A DNA stretch of 64,000 nucleotides, taken from positions 5,256 to 69,255 of the IMG/VR virus record IMGVR_UViG_3300047444_000753; one strand, given 5' to 3'. The notes beneath the pieces were generated by a model, which did not search any database, was not told the DNA's origin, and saw only the letters and a program-made list of their open reading frames with translations. Origin of the DNA: a virus (taxonomy: Duplodnaviria > Heunggongvirae > Uroviricota > Caudoviricetes). This document shows positions 15,153 to 24,378 of the stretch, in pieces. Each line of letters opens with the position of its first letter. The stretch's first letter is position 1. The position numbers and the translations under genes are program-made.

Positions 15153-15728
15153 ATGAAAAACACCCGAATCAAGGCATTCTCCGCTGCAGCTATTGCAACT
15201 GCTGCAGCTATCTCCCTCTCCGCCTGTGGCGGTAATCCACCCAGCTCGCAGGAAGCCAACCAAAAGGTGACCGAGCAGTATTCACAGAAGCTCACCAACG
15301 CCGAGGCGTACCCACTGTCTCAGATGAACGATTCGGCTGAACGTGCCAACCTGCGCGAAAAGCTGTTGCGTCTGAACGATCCCAACAAGATCGGTTACGT
15401 CTACGAGATGACCCAGAACGGTCAGATCATTGCCAGCTACACGGTCAAGGGCAAGGTCTCGTCCAACTCCTCGCAGCTGACCAACACCCAGAACATCAAC
15501 ACGGGCTACACGGGAAACCCGGTCACGGAGTCGATGGGTGATGATGGCTCCTACGGACCTTCGGAGCCCGGTGTCTTCTTCTTCACCACGACCGGTCAGA
15601 TGATCACGTGGAACGGGCTCTACCAGTACTCCGATGCCCCCGTGACGCTGACCTCCAAGCCGCTCATCACGATGGATGCCAATGCCCAGCCGTCCTCGAC
15701 TGCTGGACAGCTGAAGACTAGTAAGTAA
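15153..15728 (+). CDS. lipoprotein (lipobox LSAC)
   Basis: Signal peptide plus lipobox cysteine. A T9 run lies just upstream. Confidence 0.75.
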   Translation: MKNTRIKAFSAAAIATAAAISLSACGGNPPSSQEANQKVTEQYSQKLTNAEAYPLSQMNDSAERANLREKLLRLNDPNKIGYVYEMTQNGQIIASYTVKGKVSSNSSQLTNTQNINTGYTGNPVTESMGDDGSYGPSEPGVFFFTTTGQMITWNGLYQYSDAPVTLTSKPLITMDANAQPSSTAGQLKTSK

Positions 15729-15734
15729 GCCTCT

Positions 15735-15774
15735 CCAGAGGTACCGTGTTAGAGATTTGACACGGTACCTCTGG
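15735..15774 (+). terminator. 14-bp perfect inverted-repeat hairpin (terminator-like, no T tract)
   Basis: CCAGAGGTACCGTG ... CACGGTACCTCTGG. Confidence 0.45.
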
Positions 15775-15798
15775 GCATGGTATCATTGTTATACACAA

Positions 15799-15872
15799 CA
15801 CGGAGTGGGGAAGTTCGGTAACCCGTTGGGCTCATAACCCGAAGATCATCGGTTCAAATCCGATCTCCGTAA
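15799..15872 (+). tRNA. initiator tRNA-fMet (CAT)
   Basis: C1·A72 mismatch. Three consecutive G-C pairs in the anticodon stem (TTGGG/CCCGA), loop CTCATAA. T-arm ATCGG/TTCAAAT/CCGAT. Confidence 0.8.
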
Positions 15873-15888
15873 CGCAACAACTAAATAA

Positions 15889-15961
15889 TCCCCGGTAGCT
15901 CAGTTGGCAGAGCGCTTGACTGTTAATCAGGATGTCGCAGGATCGAGACCTGCCCGGGGAG
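15889..15961 (+). tRNA. tRNA-Asn (GTT)
   Basis: Acceptor TCCCCGG/CCGGGGA, D-arm GCTC/GAGC, anticodon stem CTTGA/TCAGG with loop CTGTTAA. Confidence 0.8.
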
Positions 15962-16042
15962 CGCAATTTAATGCCGCGAGGCCGTTAAACATCCCAACAG
16001 GAGTGGCGAACCCAATTCGCACAGCCGCTAGGACCGGCAACT

Positions 16043-16115
16043 GGGGAATTAGCTCATCTGGTAGAGCGCCTGCCTTGCAAGCAGGAGGCGAGCGGTTCAA
16101 GTCCGCTATTCTCCA
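16043..16115 (+). tRNA. tRNA-Ala (TGC)
   Basis: Anticodon stem CCTGC/GCAGG with loop CTTGCAA. T-arm AGCGG/TTCAAGT/CCGCT. Confidence 0.85.
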
Positions 16116-16244
16116 CAAACGCCCAGACACTTTCTTCGGGGGTAGTCTGGCGGGTCATTGCTTTGGCGAGGGAGAGATCCCCGAATGCTGCGGCACGCAA
16201 TGGCTAACCCACCCCCCATGTGGGTCGCGGCAAATGGGGATCTA

Positions 16245-16319
16245 GGCCCTGTGGTCCAGCTTGGAATGGACGCCTCCCTGTCACGGAGGAGATCGACGGT
16301 TCAAATCCGTTCAGGGTCG
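16245..16319 (+). tRNA. tRNA-Asp (GTC)
   Basis: Acceptor GGCCCTG/CAGGGTC, anticodon stem CCTCC/GGAGG with loop CTGTCAC. Confidence 0.8.
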
Positions 16320-16321
16320 CT

Positions 16322-16392
16322 GTGGCTATAGCTCAATGGTAGAGCGGCTGGTTGTGGTCCAGCATATGAGGGTTCAATTCCCTCTAGTCACC
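16322..16392 (+). tRNA. tRNA-His (GTG)
   Basis: Anticodon stem GCTGG/CCAGC with loop TTGTGGT. T-arm GAGGG/TTCAATT/CCCTC. Confidence 0.8.
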
Positions 16393-16393
16393 C

Positions 16394-16906
16394 GTGGATG
16401 ATGATAAGCATATAGGTATACACTGGCACCGAAGAAAATACAGCAAAGATCAGTTCATCGAAGCTTGGCGGACTGGCGATAGCATCACGGATGTCGTACG
16501 AAAACTGGGTCAGTATGGCTTTGCCGGAAATATTAATACAGTATCTAGAACAGCGGCTAAACTAGGCCTAACTCGGGAGCATTTCCAATATGAGGCACTG
16601 AGTAGATCTGCTGGACGAAAATTAACCATACCACTTGAAGAAATTCTTGTTTCTGGCTCTAGCTACGGTACCGATAGACTGAAACAGCGACTTTTCAAGG
16701 CAGGACTAAAAACTAGGCAGTGTGAGCAATGCAATATCACAGTCTGGCAGGGGGTTCCGGCCCCACTTAGTCTAGATCATATAAATGGTATAAGTGATGA
16801 CCATAGGCTTGAGAACCTTAGAATACTATGCTACAATTGCCATGGACTAACGGAAACTTACTCAGGTAAGAATCGTAAACCGCTTGGCCGTACCTCAGAG
16901 GTCTGA
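16394..16906 (+). CDS. HNH homing endonuclease
   Basis: GTG start abutting tRNA-His. HNH motifs CEQCN...LDHINGISDDHRLENLRILCYNCH. AT-rich. Confidence 0.8.
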   Translation: MDDDKHIGIHWHRRKYSKDQFIEAWRTGDSITDVVRKLGQYGFAGNINTVSRTAAKLGLTREHFQYEALSRSAGRKLTIPLEEILVSGSSYGTDRLKQRLFKAGLKTRQCEQCNITVWQGVPAPLSLDHINGISDDHRLENLRILCYNCHGLTETYSGKNRKPLGRTSEV

Positions 16907-17043
16907 GAATCGAGCTGTAACCTCGATGTCATTGCGACAATGTAGGATCGTTACCTACTGCGGTCACTTGGAAGTTAAGCGTATCTGTGTTAAAATACAC
17001 AGGTACGCTTTTCTTTTCAGGTTATTTTGATGAAAGACTATTA

Positions 17044-18120
17044 ATGACACAACGAATTCTTCTCACTGGCGCATCGGGATTCGTCGGCAGCCACGTTCTC
17101 CGGCACATTCTGACCACTACTGACTGGGACGTTGTATGTCCTGTTACCTTCCGCCACAAGGGCATCTCGGATCGACTGGAAACAGCGCTGGACGGACAGG
17201 ACGAGAGCCGCGTCACGATCGTCAAGACGGATCTCACCGCCCCAATCTCCCCGGTCACCGCCCACAAGTTCGGCGAAATCGACTTCATCCTCAACGTGGC
17301 CTCCGAGTCGCACGTGGACCGCTCGATCGAGGAGCCCGCAGAGTTCATCCAGAACAATGTCGCCTTGATCACCAACGTCCTCGACTACGCCCGTACCCTG
17401 CCCAACCTCAAGATCTTCCTGCAGGTCTCCACGGACGAGGTCTACGGCCCTGCGGCCCCCGGAGAAGCACACAGGGAGTGGGTGGACGGCTACAAGCCCT
17501 CCAACCCGTACTCGGCCTCCAAGGCTGCACAGGAAGCCATCGCGTACTCCTACTGGCGCACCTACGACATCCCGCTGATTATTTCAAACACCATGAACAT
17601 TATCGGCGAGACACAGGATTCCGAGAAGTTTTTCCCGAAGACTCTCAAGAAAGTCCTTGCTGGCGAAGAGATGCCAATCCACGCCTCGGCAGCCGGTGAG
17701 ATCGGATCCCGTTTCTACCTGCACGCCCGCAATCAGGCGGATGGCCTGCTTTTCCTGCTGGAATACTACGATCTTCAGCAGGTCCTTGGCGCACCCGCCC
17801 CCATATTTGACCCGGAGTCCGGTGAATACGAGTCCCTGCGCTATTCGCATGGCGGAACCGTCCCGTACCGCTTCCACATCGTGGGAAACCGTGAAGTGGA
17901 CAACCTTGAGCTGGCCCAGATGATTGCCGCCGCTGTCGGAAAGCCGCTGTCTTACCGGCTGGAGGACTTCCACTCCTCCCGGCCCGGACACGACCTGCGG
18001 TACGCCCTGAACGGCGACAAGATCGAAGCCCTTGGCTGGAAGGCACCCGTCTCGCTGGAGGATTCCATCAAATCCACCGTGGACTGGACATTGGCCCACA
18101 AGGAATGGTTGAAACTGTAA
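17044..18120 (+). CDS. NAD-dependent epimerase/dehydratase (SDR, RmlB/GalE-like)
   Basis: Rossmann GASGFVGSH motif and catalytic YSASK. Start moved to ATG 17044 (MTQRILLTGASG). Confidence 0.85.
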   Translation: MTQRILLTGASGFVGSHVLRHILTTTDWDVVCPVTFRHKGISDRLETALDGQDESRVTIVKTDLTAPISPVTAHKFGEIDFILNVASESHVDRSIEEPAEFIQNNVALITNVLDYARTLPNLKIFLQVSTDEVYGPAAPGEAHREWVDGYKPSNPYSASKAAQEAIAYSYWRTYDIPLIISNTMNIIGETQDSEKFFPKTLKKVLAGEEMPIHASAAGEIGSRFYLHARNQADGLLFLLEYYDLQQVLGAPAPIFDPESGEYESLRYSHGGTVPYRFHIVGNREVDNLELAQMIAAAVGKPLSYRLEDFHSSRPGHDLRYALNGDKIEALGWKAPVSLEDSIKSTVDWTLAHKEWLKL

Positions 18121-18137
18121 GCTGCGTATGTTAGACT

Positions 18138-18184
18138 GAGTCGGTGCAGGAAAAGAGCTTGACCTGCGCCGACTCTTTTCTTTC
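18138..18184 (+). terminator. rho-independent terminator
   Basis: 13-bp stem GAGTCGGTGCAGG/CCTGCGCCGACTC with one mismatch, followed by TTTTCTTTCT. Confidence 0.7.
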
Positions 18185-18201
18185 TCACGACAAAGGACAT
18201 C

Positions 18202-18807
18202 ATGACAAATCCAGACTATACAGCTCTGCTCTTCATTATCGATGAATCCGGTTCCATGTACGGCATCGCCCGTGATATGGAGGGCGGCATCGAAACGATC
18301 CTCGAAGAGCAGGCCAAGCTTCCCGGCAAGCTCACCGTGGATGTTGCCTACTTCGACGGCGACTTCCGCTACCCGACCTCCATGGTTGCCGCAGCAGAAG
18401 CCGACATCAAGATCATCCCGCAGGGATCCACCTCGCTCCACGACGCCATTGTCCGCGCCAGCACTCAGTTCGGGAAGACCCTCTCGGATCTCCCTGAAGA
18501 CGAGCGCCCCGGCAACGTCATCGTCACCATCGTCACTGACGGTTTCGAGAACTCCAGCACTGAATCCACCAAATCGGACGTGAAGGAGCTCATCACCAAG
18601 CAGCAGGACGAATTCAACTGGAGCTTCCTGTTCCTCGGTGCCAATCAGGACGCTGTTCTCACGGGCGAATCCTTTGGCCTGCGCAAGGGCGCTTCGATGA
18701 CCTACAACGCAACCTCCGCAGGCACAGTCGATGCAGCCACCATCACTGCCGGAACCATCACGTCGGCCCGCATCAAGGGTGGACCGGCCACGTTCCTCAA
18801 TGTCTAA
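18202..18807 (+). CDS. von Willebrand factor A (vWA) domain protein
   Basis: MIDAS motif IIDESGSM, plus ...TDGFEN. Confidence 0.8.
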   Translation: MTNPDYTALLFIIDESGSMYGIARDMEGGIETILEEQAKLPGKLTVDVAYFDGDFRYPTSMVAAAEADIKIIPQGSTSLHDAIVRASTQFGKTLSDLPEDERPGNVIVTIVTDGFENSSTESTKSDVKELITKQQDEFNWSFLFLGANQDAVLTGESFGLRKGASMTYNATSAGTVDAATITAGTITSARIKGGPATFLNV

Positions 18808-19048
18808 TCAGCAGGCCACTGACTCCCTCGGCAACCTTGTCTCCATTGGGGACAGGGTTGCCGTGGTCTTCAGGGAAGAACAGTTGCGCATCGGCACCGT
18901 GGACTCCTTCAGCAGCCGCCAGTATATGGGCTACGATGTGCCCACCATGCGCGTGAAGTGGGAGAAGAGTAGCGGGTACCTGCCGGACAAGGTCACAGCG
19001 GTTGACTTTCATTCTCGGCTCTTTTTGAAACTCTTTGAGGAAAAGTAG
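18800..19048 (+). CDS. hypothetical protein (82 aa)
   Basis: ATG overlaps the vWA stop (translational coupling). Confidence 0.55.
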   Translation: MSNQQATDSLGNLVSIGDRVAVVFREEQLRIGTVDSFSSRQYMGYDVPTMRVKWEKSSGYLPDKVTAVDFHSRLFLKLFEEK

Positions 19049-19056
19049 TCACAGAG

Positions 19057-19085
19057 TTGCACACTGATGTTTAGGTGTGTATAGT
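19057..19085 (+). promoter_or_regulatory. promoter TTGCAC-17-TATAGT
   Basis: Near-consensus -35 and -10. Upstream of the rIIA-like gene. Confidence 0.55.
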
Positions 19086-19124
19086 AGTTACTACAAGACA
19101 TACCAACGACAAAAGGACAAAGAA

Positions 19125-21260
19125 ATGATCATTGAGGCCAGCAAGAACGAAACCACCATCGTCTCCAACATCACTGTTGGCGAGGTGATCGAGATGACCG
19201 TCAGTGAAGCAGGCATGGCGTACGCAATGAGCGCGCTGTCCAACATGTACAACGACCCCAAGCTGGCAGTTATCCGTGAGTACTTCACGAATGCTCTGGA
19301 CTCCCACACCAAGGCCGGACAGACGGATCCGGTGCTGGTCAGCCTGCCGACCAACTACAACAAGATGTATGTTGTACAGGATTTCGGCGTCGGCATGGAC
19401 ATTGACACCATCCGGTCGGTCTACTCCAAGTACTGGGAGTCCACCAAGCGCGACTCGAACACCCAGATCGGCGCTTTCGGTCTTGGAGCCAAGTCGGCTC
19501 TGGCCATCGCCAACCAGTTCACGCTGGCCTCGGTAAAAGACGGTGTAAAGGTCACCGTGATCGTGCAGAAGGCAGGGGACGGTTCCGGCAAGCCTAAGAT
19601 GCTTGTGGTGTCCGCCATCGAAACCGATGAGCCCAACGGCGTCATGATCTCCATCCCGATCGATGACCCTTACACCTTCAACAACAAGGCCCGGGAATTC
19701 TTCCGCTTCGTGGATCCGGAACTGGTGCTCGTTGACGGCTACAAGCCCTCCTCGGTCTTCGATTCTGTGAAGCGTCTGGAGGACATCTCCGTCCCCGATG
19801 TAGACATCTACGTTGATCTGGACAACAGGTACGGCACCTCCTACGTCATCATGGGTCAGGTGGCCTACGCCCTGACCACCTCCAACATCGAAGAGGCTGC
19901 CGAGCGTCTGGGGATCTCCGCCAGCTACGAACTGCGCAGCATGCCGGTCTACTTCAAGGTCGGCATCGGCGATGTGAACCTGACCCCGAACCGCGAAGGC
20001 TTGCTCTTCGATGACAAGACCAACGCACTGATCGACTCCGTCATTGAAGCCTACTTGGAGACGGTCAAGAAGACGGCACAGGAGGAAATCGACGCGATCG
20101 AGAGCCGCTTCGATGTCTACTCGGTGGCCGAACGCTGGTCCGACCGTCTGGGTGTCAAGCTGGAATGGCGCGGGGAGAAAATCCGCACCAAGATCGGCAC
20201 GGCAGAGCCCTCCAGCACCATCAAGCGCACCTCATGGGACAAGTCCACCCACGGCAGCACGTACGATGTCAATGTCAAGGACCTCTCCACCAAGAAGATC
20301 ATCGTCACCGGCAAGCCGTTCGACAAGTACAAGCGGATGGCCAACTACATCACGGACTACTTGGCCATGATGGACATCAATAACGGTGCCAACTTCTACT
20401 TCCGCGAAAACTTGGATGAGCTGGACAACGAATGGGTTACCGAAAACCCGGCGTTCATCTTCGAGGACTTCGAGGATATGATCCAGCGCGTCAAGGACCA
20501 CCGGAAGGCCGAAAAGGCAGCTGCCAAGGCTCTGCTCCCGAAGGAGCTGCGGGACCGTCCGGCCAAGCTGGAGTACCCGGTGCTGGATATCGATGACAAA
20601 ACCCTCACCCGCACTGCCTACGACGCCATCCCTGCAGGATCCTTCTACATCCACGCTAATGATGTTGTGGACCCGGCAAAGCACAAGGACTTCTTCGAAG
20701 GCATCTACGCATCGCCCGGATACGTGGAATACCTGAAGGACATTGTGGGGGAGGGTGCAACGGTGGTCTTCATCTCCAAGGTCCGTTCGCTCGAATCCTT
20801 CAAGGCCCGCACAAAGGACATCCACGGCCTGCGTAGCATCCACGACGCCCTTCCTGATGTTCAGGAGCGCATCAACGAGCTCATGACCGATGATGTTCTG
20901 CGTGCCCGCAACCTGCGGCTCACACACACTGCTAACCGCAACCTCGCACGCCTCAGCCCCAAACTGATCGCGCAGATTCTGGATGACGAAGTGCGCGAAC
21001 AGCTGACCCCTGCGGACCCGGCACTGCTTGAGCAGGGTAACGCCGCTGTCTCGCTCTTCAGCTCCGTAATCCGCTTCGGTATCGCCCCGACCACCGTAAC
21101 ACTGCCGGAACTGGCAGAGGAGGCTGTGGAACTGGACACGTCGGATAAGTACCCGCTCACCGAGCTGCTCGGGATCTGGCCGAGCGAGGCTGCGCAGAAG
21201 GACATCATCCGCTACATGAACATGGTCTACACCGAGCAGTTGACACTTGTAGATGCATAA
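19125..21260 (+). CDS. rIIA: RIIA-like protein with N-terminal GHKL (HATPase_c) ATPase domain
   Basis: Bergerat-fold motifs: N-box EYFTNALDS, G1 DFGVGMD, G2 GAFGLGAKS. 711 aa (from ATG 19125), similar to T4 rIIA (725 aa). Followed by an rIIB-like gene. Confidence 0.7.
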   Translation: MIIEASKNETTIVSNITVGEVIEMTVSEAGMAYAMSALSNMYNDPKLAVIREYFTNALDSHTKAGQTDPVLVSLPTNYNKMYVVQDFGVGMDIDTIRSVYSKYWESTKRDSNTQIGAFGLGAKSALAIANQFTLASVKDGVKVTVIVQKAGDGSGKPKMLVVSAIETDEPNGVMISIPIDDPYTFNNKAREFFRFVDPELVLVDGYKPSSVFDSVKRLEDISVPDVDIYVDLDNRYGTSYVIMGQVAYALTTSNIEEAAERLGISASYELRSMPVYFKVGIGDVNLTPNREGLLFDDKTNALIDSVIEAYLETVKKTAQEEIDAIESRFDVYSVAERWSDRLGVKLEWRGEKIRTKIGTAEPSSTIKRTSWDKSTHGSTYDVNVKDLSTKKIIVTGKPFDKYKRMANYITDYLAMMDINNGANFYFRENLDELDNEWVTENPAFIFEDFEDMIQRVKDHRKAEKAAAKALLPKELRDRPAKLEYPVLDIDDKTLTRTAYDAIPAGSFYIHANDVVDPAKHKDFFEGIYASPGYVEYLKDIVGEGATVVFISKVRSLESFKARTKDIHGLRSIHDALPDVQERINELMTDDVLRARNLRLTHTANRNLARLSPKLIAQILDDEVREQLTPADPALLEQGNAAVSLFSSVIRFGIAPTTVTLPELAEEAVELDTSDKYPLTELLGIWPSEAAQKDIIRYMNMVYTEQLTLVDA

Positions 21261-21311
21261 CAAACCTGCTAAACTGATATTACTCAACCACCAACGACAA
21301 AAGGACTCGAA

Positions 21312-22448
21312 ATGACAATGTTTTCCATGGCCGGTACGACTCCGGATCGCACCCTCTCGGTTATCTATGCCACTGGCGACACCGCCACCATCCCGGAATC
21401 GCACGACCGCTTCGAAGAGCTCCTTACCCTGCTCTTCTCGGGGGCCGAAGACGAAGAGGTCGGCGATCTCGTAGATGTGATGCTGGCTGTCACCAAGAGG
21501 ATGGCCCAGCTCTCCGAACGCGTCAGCATCCGTGGTCGCTCGGTCTACTTCGACGGAGACCAGCTGCGCGGCGAACTCGCTGACGTTCTCGTGGAGATCT
21601 TCGAGACCGGAAACCCAGAGTCCCTGCGCCCGGTGGTCAACTTCCTTGAGAAGGCCGCGACCAACCCATCCCGCCAGTCGGTCGATGACCTCTACCGCTG
21701 GATCACCAAGGGTGATCTCATCATCCACGAGGACGGCGACTTCCTTGCCTACAAGGGCACCCGCACCACGAAGGATGGAACCCGCACCTCGATCAACGAG
21801 GGAACGGCATTCGTGGACGGCGTGGAAGTCACCGGACACATCCCCAACCCGGACGGTGCTGTCGTCACGATGCCGCGTTCGGAGGTGGATGACAACTCCA
21901 TGGAAGGCTGCTCCACCGGACTGCACGCCGGTACTGCGGACTACGCGTTTGGATTCGCTTGGTCCGAGACGGTTCTGGTCAAGATCAACCCCCGTGACGT
22001 TGTGTCGGTCCCGACAGACTCCTCCAACCAGAAGCTGCGCGTCTGCCGCTACGTGGTTCAGGGCAAGGTCGAGGAGCGCCGCACCAGCCGGGTCTTCCGC
22101 GAGCCGGTTGCGGATGGGGTCACTGCGCCCCTGTTCACCGTGATCGGCTTCGACGTCTTCGATGCCAACGAAGATGACGGCGAGCTGGAGGTCGATGGGT
22201 CGATCGAAGAGTCCACGCTCGATGACTCGGTCCAGACTGACGAGGAGCGTCTGGCAAGCGAGGAGGCCCTTGCGGCTCTCCGCGAGAAGCTGCAGGATCT
22301 GCAGACTCCGCCGCAGAGCGAGGCCGAGGCAGAAGCTGAGGCCGAAGCTGCCGAAAAGGTCATCCGTGACGCCAAGGGCCGCTTCACCAGCGAGAGCGCG
22401 GCGAAGGCAGTCCGCAACGCCAAGGGACAGTTTACAAGGCAGTCCTAG
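21312..22448 (+). CDS. rIIB: RIIB-like protein
   Basis: Follows the rIIA-like gene. Acidic EAEAEA C-terminal tail. AAAGGA RBS. Confidence 0.55.
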   Translation: MTMFSMAGTTPDRTLSVIYATGDTATIPESHDRFEELLTLLFSGAEDEEVGDLVDVMLAVTKRMAQLSERVSIRGRSVYFDGDQLRGELADVLVEIFETGNPESLRPVVNFLEKAATNPSRQSVDDLYRWITKGDLIIHEDGDFLAYKGTRTTKDGTRTSINEGTAFVDGVEVTGHIPNPDGAVVTMPRSEVDDNSMEGCSTGLHAGTADYAFGFAWSETVLVKINPRDVVSVPTDSSNQKLRVCRYVVQGKVEERRTSRVFREPVADGVTAPLFTVIGFDVFDANEDDGELEVDGSIEESTLDDSVQTDEERLASEEALAALREKLQDLQTPPQSEAEAEAEAEAAEKVIRDAKGRFTSESAAKAVRNAKGQFTRQS

Positions 22449-22459
22449 TCGTATACAAT

Positions 22460-22497
22460 AGAAGCACCACTCCTACAGGGGTGGTGCTTCTATTTTG
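22460..22497 (+). terminator. rho-independent terminator
   Basis: 11-bp stem AGAAGCACCAC/GTGGTGCTTCT followed by ATTTTG. Confidence 0.75.
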
Positions 22498-22568
22498 CCT
22501 ACATCGTCCAAGGGATAGGGCGACAGCCTCCTAAGCTGTAAATTCTGGTTCGAGTCCAGATGTAGGTA
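22497..22568 (+). tRNA. tRNA-Arg (CCT)
   Basis: Acceptor GCCTACA/TGTAGGT, D-arm GTCC/GGGC, anticodon stem ACAGC/GCTGT with loop CTCCTAA, T-arm TCTGG/TTCGAGT/CCAGA. Confidence 0.75.
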
Positions 22569-22569
22569 C

Positions 22570-23073
22570 ATGATCAACATATATCAAGACGTAGACGGTG
22601 TCCTTAGCCCCTTCTCCAAGGGTGCCCCGAGGACAAACACCATGTGGAAGGGCGAGTGGCGCACGGAGCGTATAGCAGGCTTTGACATGCTGTGGTCCGT
22701 AGAGCTCATCGACGCCCTGAAGGAGCTCGACAACCGGGAGGATGTCAAGTTCATCTGGCTCACCTCATGGGAGGACATGGCGGTCGAATTCTTCGCCCCC
22801 GTGGTCGGTATCGGCGCAGACTGGCCGGTACTCTCCTCCAACGACGCACAGGACGATCTCAAGACGTGGTGGAAGCTGCGTGCGATCCACGAGCACATCG
22901 CCGCAACAGCACCGGAAAAAGCTGTCTGGCTGGATGACGACATCAACTACGATGTCGGCGGAAAGACGTTCGTACAAGAGATGGGTGACAGCTTGCTGGC
23001 CGTCAACCCCAACCGAAACCATGGACTGACTGTAAAGCACCTCAAGAGGATACAGGAATTCATTGACAACTAG
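22570..23073 (+). CDS. HAD-superfamily hydrolase/phosphatase-like protein
   Basis: N-terminal DVDGVL (HAD motif I, DxDG). Starts 2 nt after the tRNA. Confidence 0.5.
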   Translation: MINIYQDVDGVLSPFSKGAPRTNTMWKGEWRTERIAGFDMLWSVELIDALKELDNREDVKFIWLTSWEDMAVEFFAPVVGIGADWPVLSSNDAQDDLKTWWKLRAIHEHIAATAPEKAVWLDDDINYDVGGKTFVQEMGDSLLAVNPNRNHGLTVKHLKRIQEFIDN

Positions 23074-23134
23074 CAGCTTATGTGCAGTGCCCTGCTAGAA
23101 TTAAGTGATAACGTATCACGATTCTAAGGCGAAC

Positions 23135-23680
23135 ATGGAACTCCTCGGACAGGTCGGGCTCATCCCGGACGGCAAGACATTCATCCCCGAACTCATCGAC
23201 TGGGCCACGCGCTCCACTGTCCATCACGTGATCATGGCGATCTCCGAGACGGAGTGCATCGGAGCCGAGCCCAATGGCGCGATCATCCGCCCGCTGTCGT
23301 TCTTTCCCAACGCCATCTGGTCCCAGTTCGACCTCACCCCACAGCAGGCCCGAGACGCTGCTGACTGGGCTCGTGCCCGCGAGGGACGCCCCTACAACTG
23401 GGTGGACGACGGGATCATTGGGTTCCAGTGCATCACAGGCATCGTCTTCCCGAAGTTCGTCACAGACCACTATGACAACGACGACTCCTACGAATGTGCA
23501 CAGCTGGCGGACGCGGCCCTGACCCACGGTGCCAACTTCAGCGTCTTTGACGATAACCGCCCACCCGGCCTTGTCTACCCGGGATCTTTCGAGAAACTGT
23601 ATCGTCAAAATGGCTGGTGGACTCGCCCGGACCTGCTCCCGCGTTCCCCGAAGGGTACTCCGGTCCTCGCCCGACTGTAA
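23135..23680 (+). CDS. hypothetical protein
   Basis: ATG with AAGGCG RBS. An upstream GTG at 23105 is also possible. Confidence 0.6.
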   Translation: MELLGQVGLIPDGKTFIPELIDWATRSTVHHVIMAISETECIGAEPNGAIIRPLSFFPNAIWSQFDLTPQQARDAADWARAREGRPYNWVDDGIIGFQCITGIVFPKFVTDHYDNDDSYECAQLADAALTHGANFSVFDDNRPPGLVYPGSFEKLYRQNGWWTRPDLLPRSPKGTPVLARL

Positions 23681-23687
23681 CTCGGGT

Positions 23688-23715
23688 TTGACACATACTT
23701 GTATCATGATATACT
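23688..23715 (+). promoter_or_regulatory. promoter TTGACA-16-TATACT
   Basis: Consensus -35, good -10. Upstream of tRNA-Cys. Confidence 0.6.
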
Positions 23716-23732
23716 GTGACATGTATGTTCTT

Positions 23733-23803
23733 GGCGGTTGGGATGGATGGAAAGTCGCTCCCCTGCAAAGGGATAGATGCCGGTTCGATTCCGGCAATCG
23801 CCT
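23733..23803 (+). tRNA. tRNA-Cys (GCA)
   Basis: Acceptor GGCGGTT/AATCGCC, anticodon loop CTGCAAA, T-arm GCCGG/TTCGATT/CCGGC. Confidence 0.7.
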
Positions 23804-23870
23804 CCAAGTAGTTTACTTCTGTGTGTTTTTATGCTAATCTTGACGTAACGATTCGAAGAAAGGATGACAA

Positions 23871-24371
23871 GTGAGTACTATTACATCATCGGCAATACGC
23901 GTGGATGTTATGAACGCGACCTATGAGCCTCTGGGGGCTGCAAAGCTCTCACGCGCCCTAGCGCTTGTCATCGAAGGCCGAGCCGTCATCGTGGAGTCGG
24001 ACGACACTCGGATGGTCCGTTCCATGGGCGTGGATTTCCCACTTCCCAAGGTGATCCGGCTGCTCTCCGCCCTCAAGGTCCCCTTCTACACGGCTGAGGT
24101 CTACTTCTCCCGCGAGGGTCTGCTGGACCGAGACCGCCACAAGTGCGGCTACTGCAGTGAGCACGCCACCACCCACGACCACATCCTGCCGAAGTCCCGT
24201 GGCGGACGTGACGAGTGGATGAACGCGATCGCTGCCTGCAGCCGCTGCAACAACCGCAAGGGTGACAGGACTCCGGAAGAGGCAGGAATGCCACTTCTGT
24301 TTAAGCCGACCATCCCCATGAGGATCTACCTGCGCAGTGACAAGAAGCCGCGCCGCAAGGTCCGCAACTAG
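23871..24371 (+). CDS. HNH endonuclease
   Basis: HNH motifs CGYC...HDHILPKSRGG...N...CSRCN. GTG start with AAAGGA RBS. Confidence 0.8.
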   Translation: MSTITSSAIRVDVMNATYEPLGAAKLSRALALVIEGRAVIVESDDTRMVRSMGVDFPLPKVIRLLSALKVPFYTAEVYFSREGLLDRDRHKCGYCSEHATTHDHILPKSRGGRDEWMNAIAACSRCNNRKGDRTPEEAGMPLLFKPTIPMRIYLRSDKKPRRKVRN

Positions 24372-24378
24372 CTGTACC

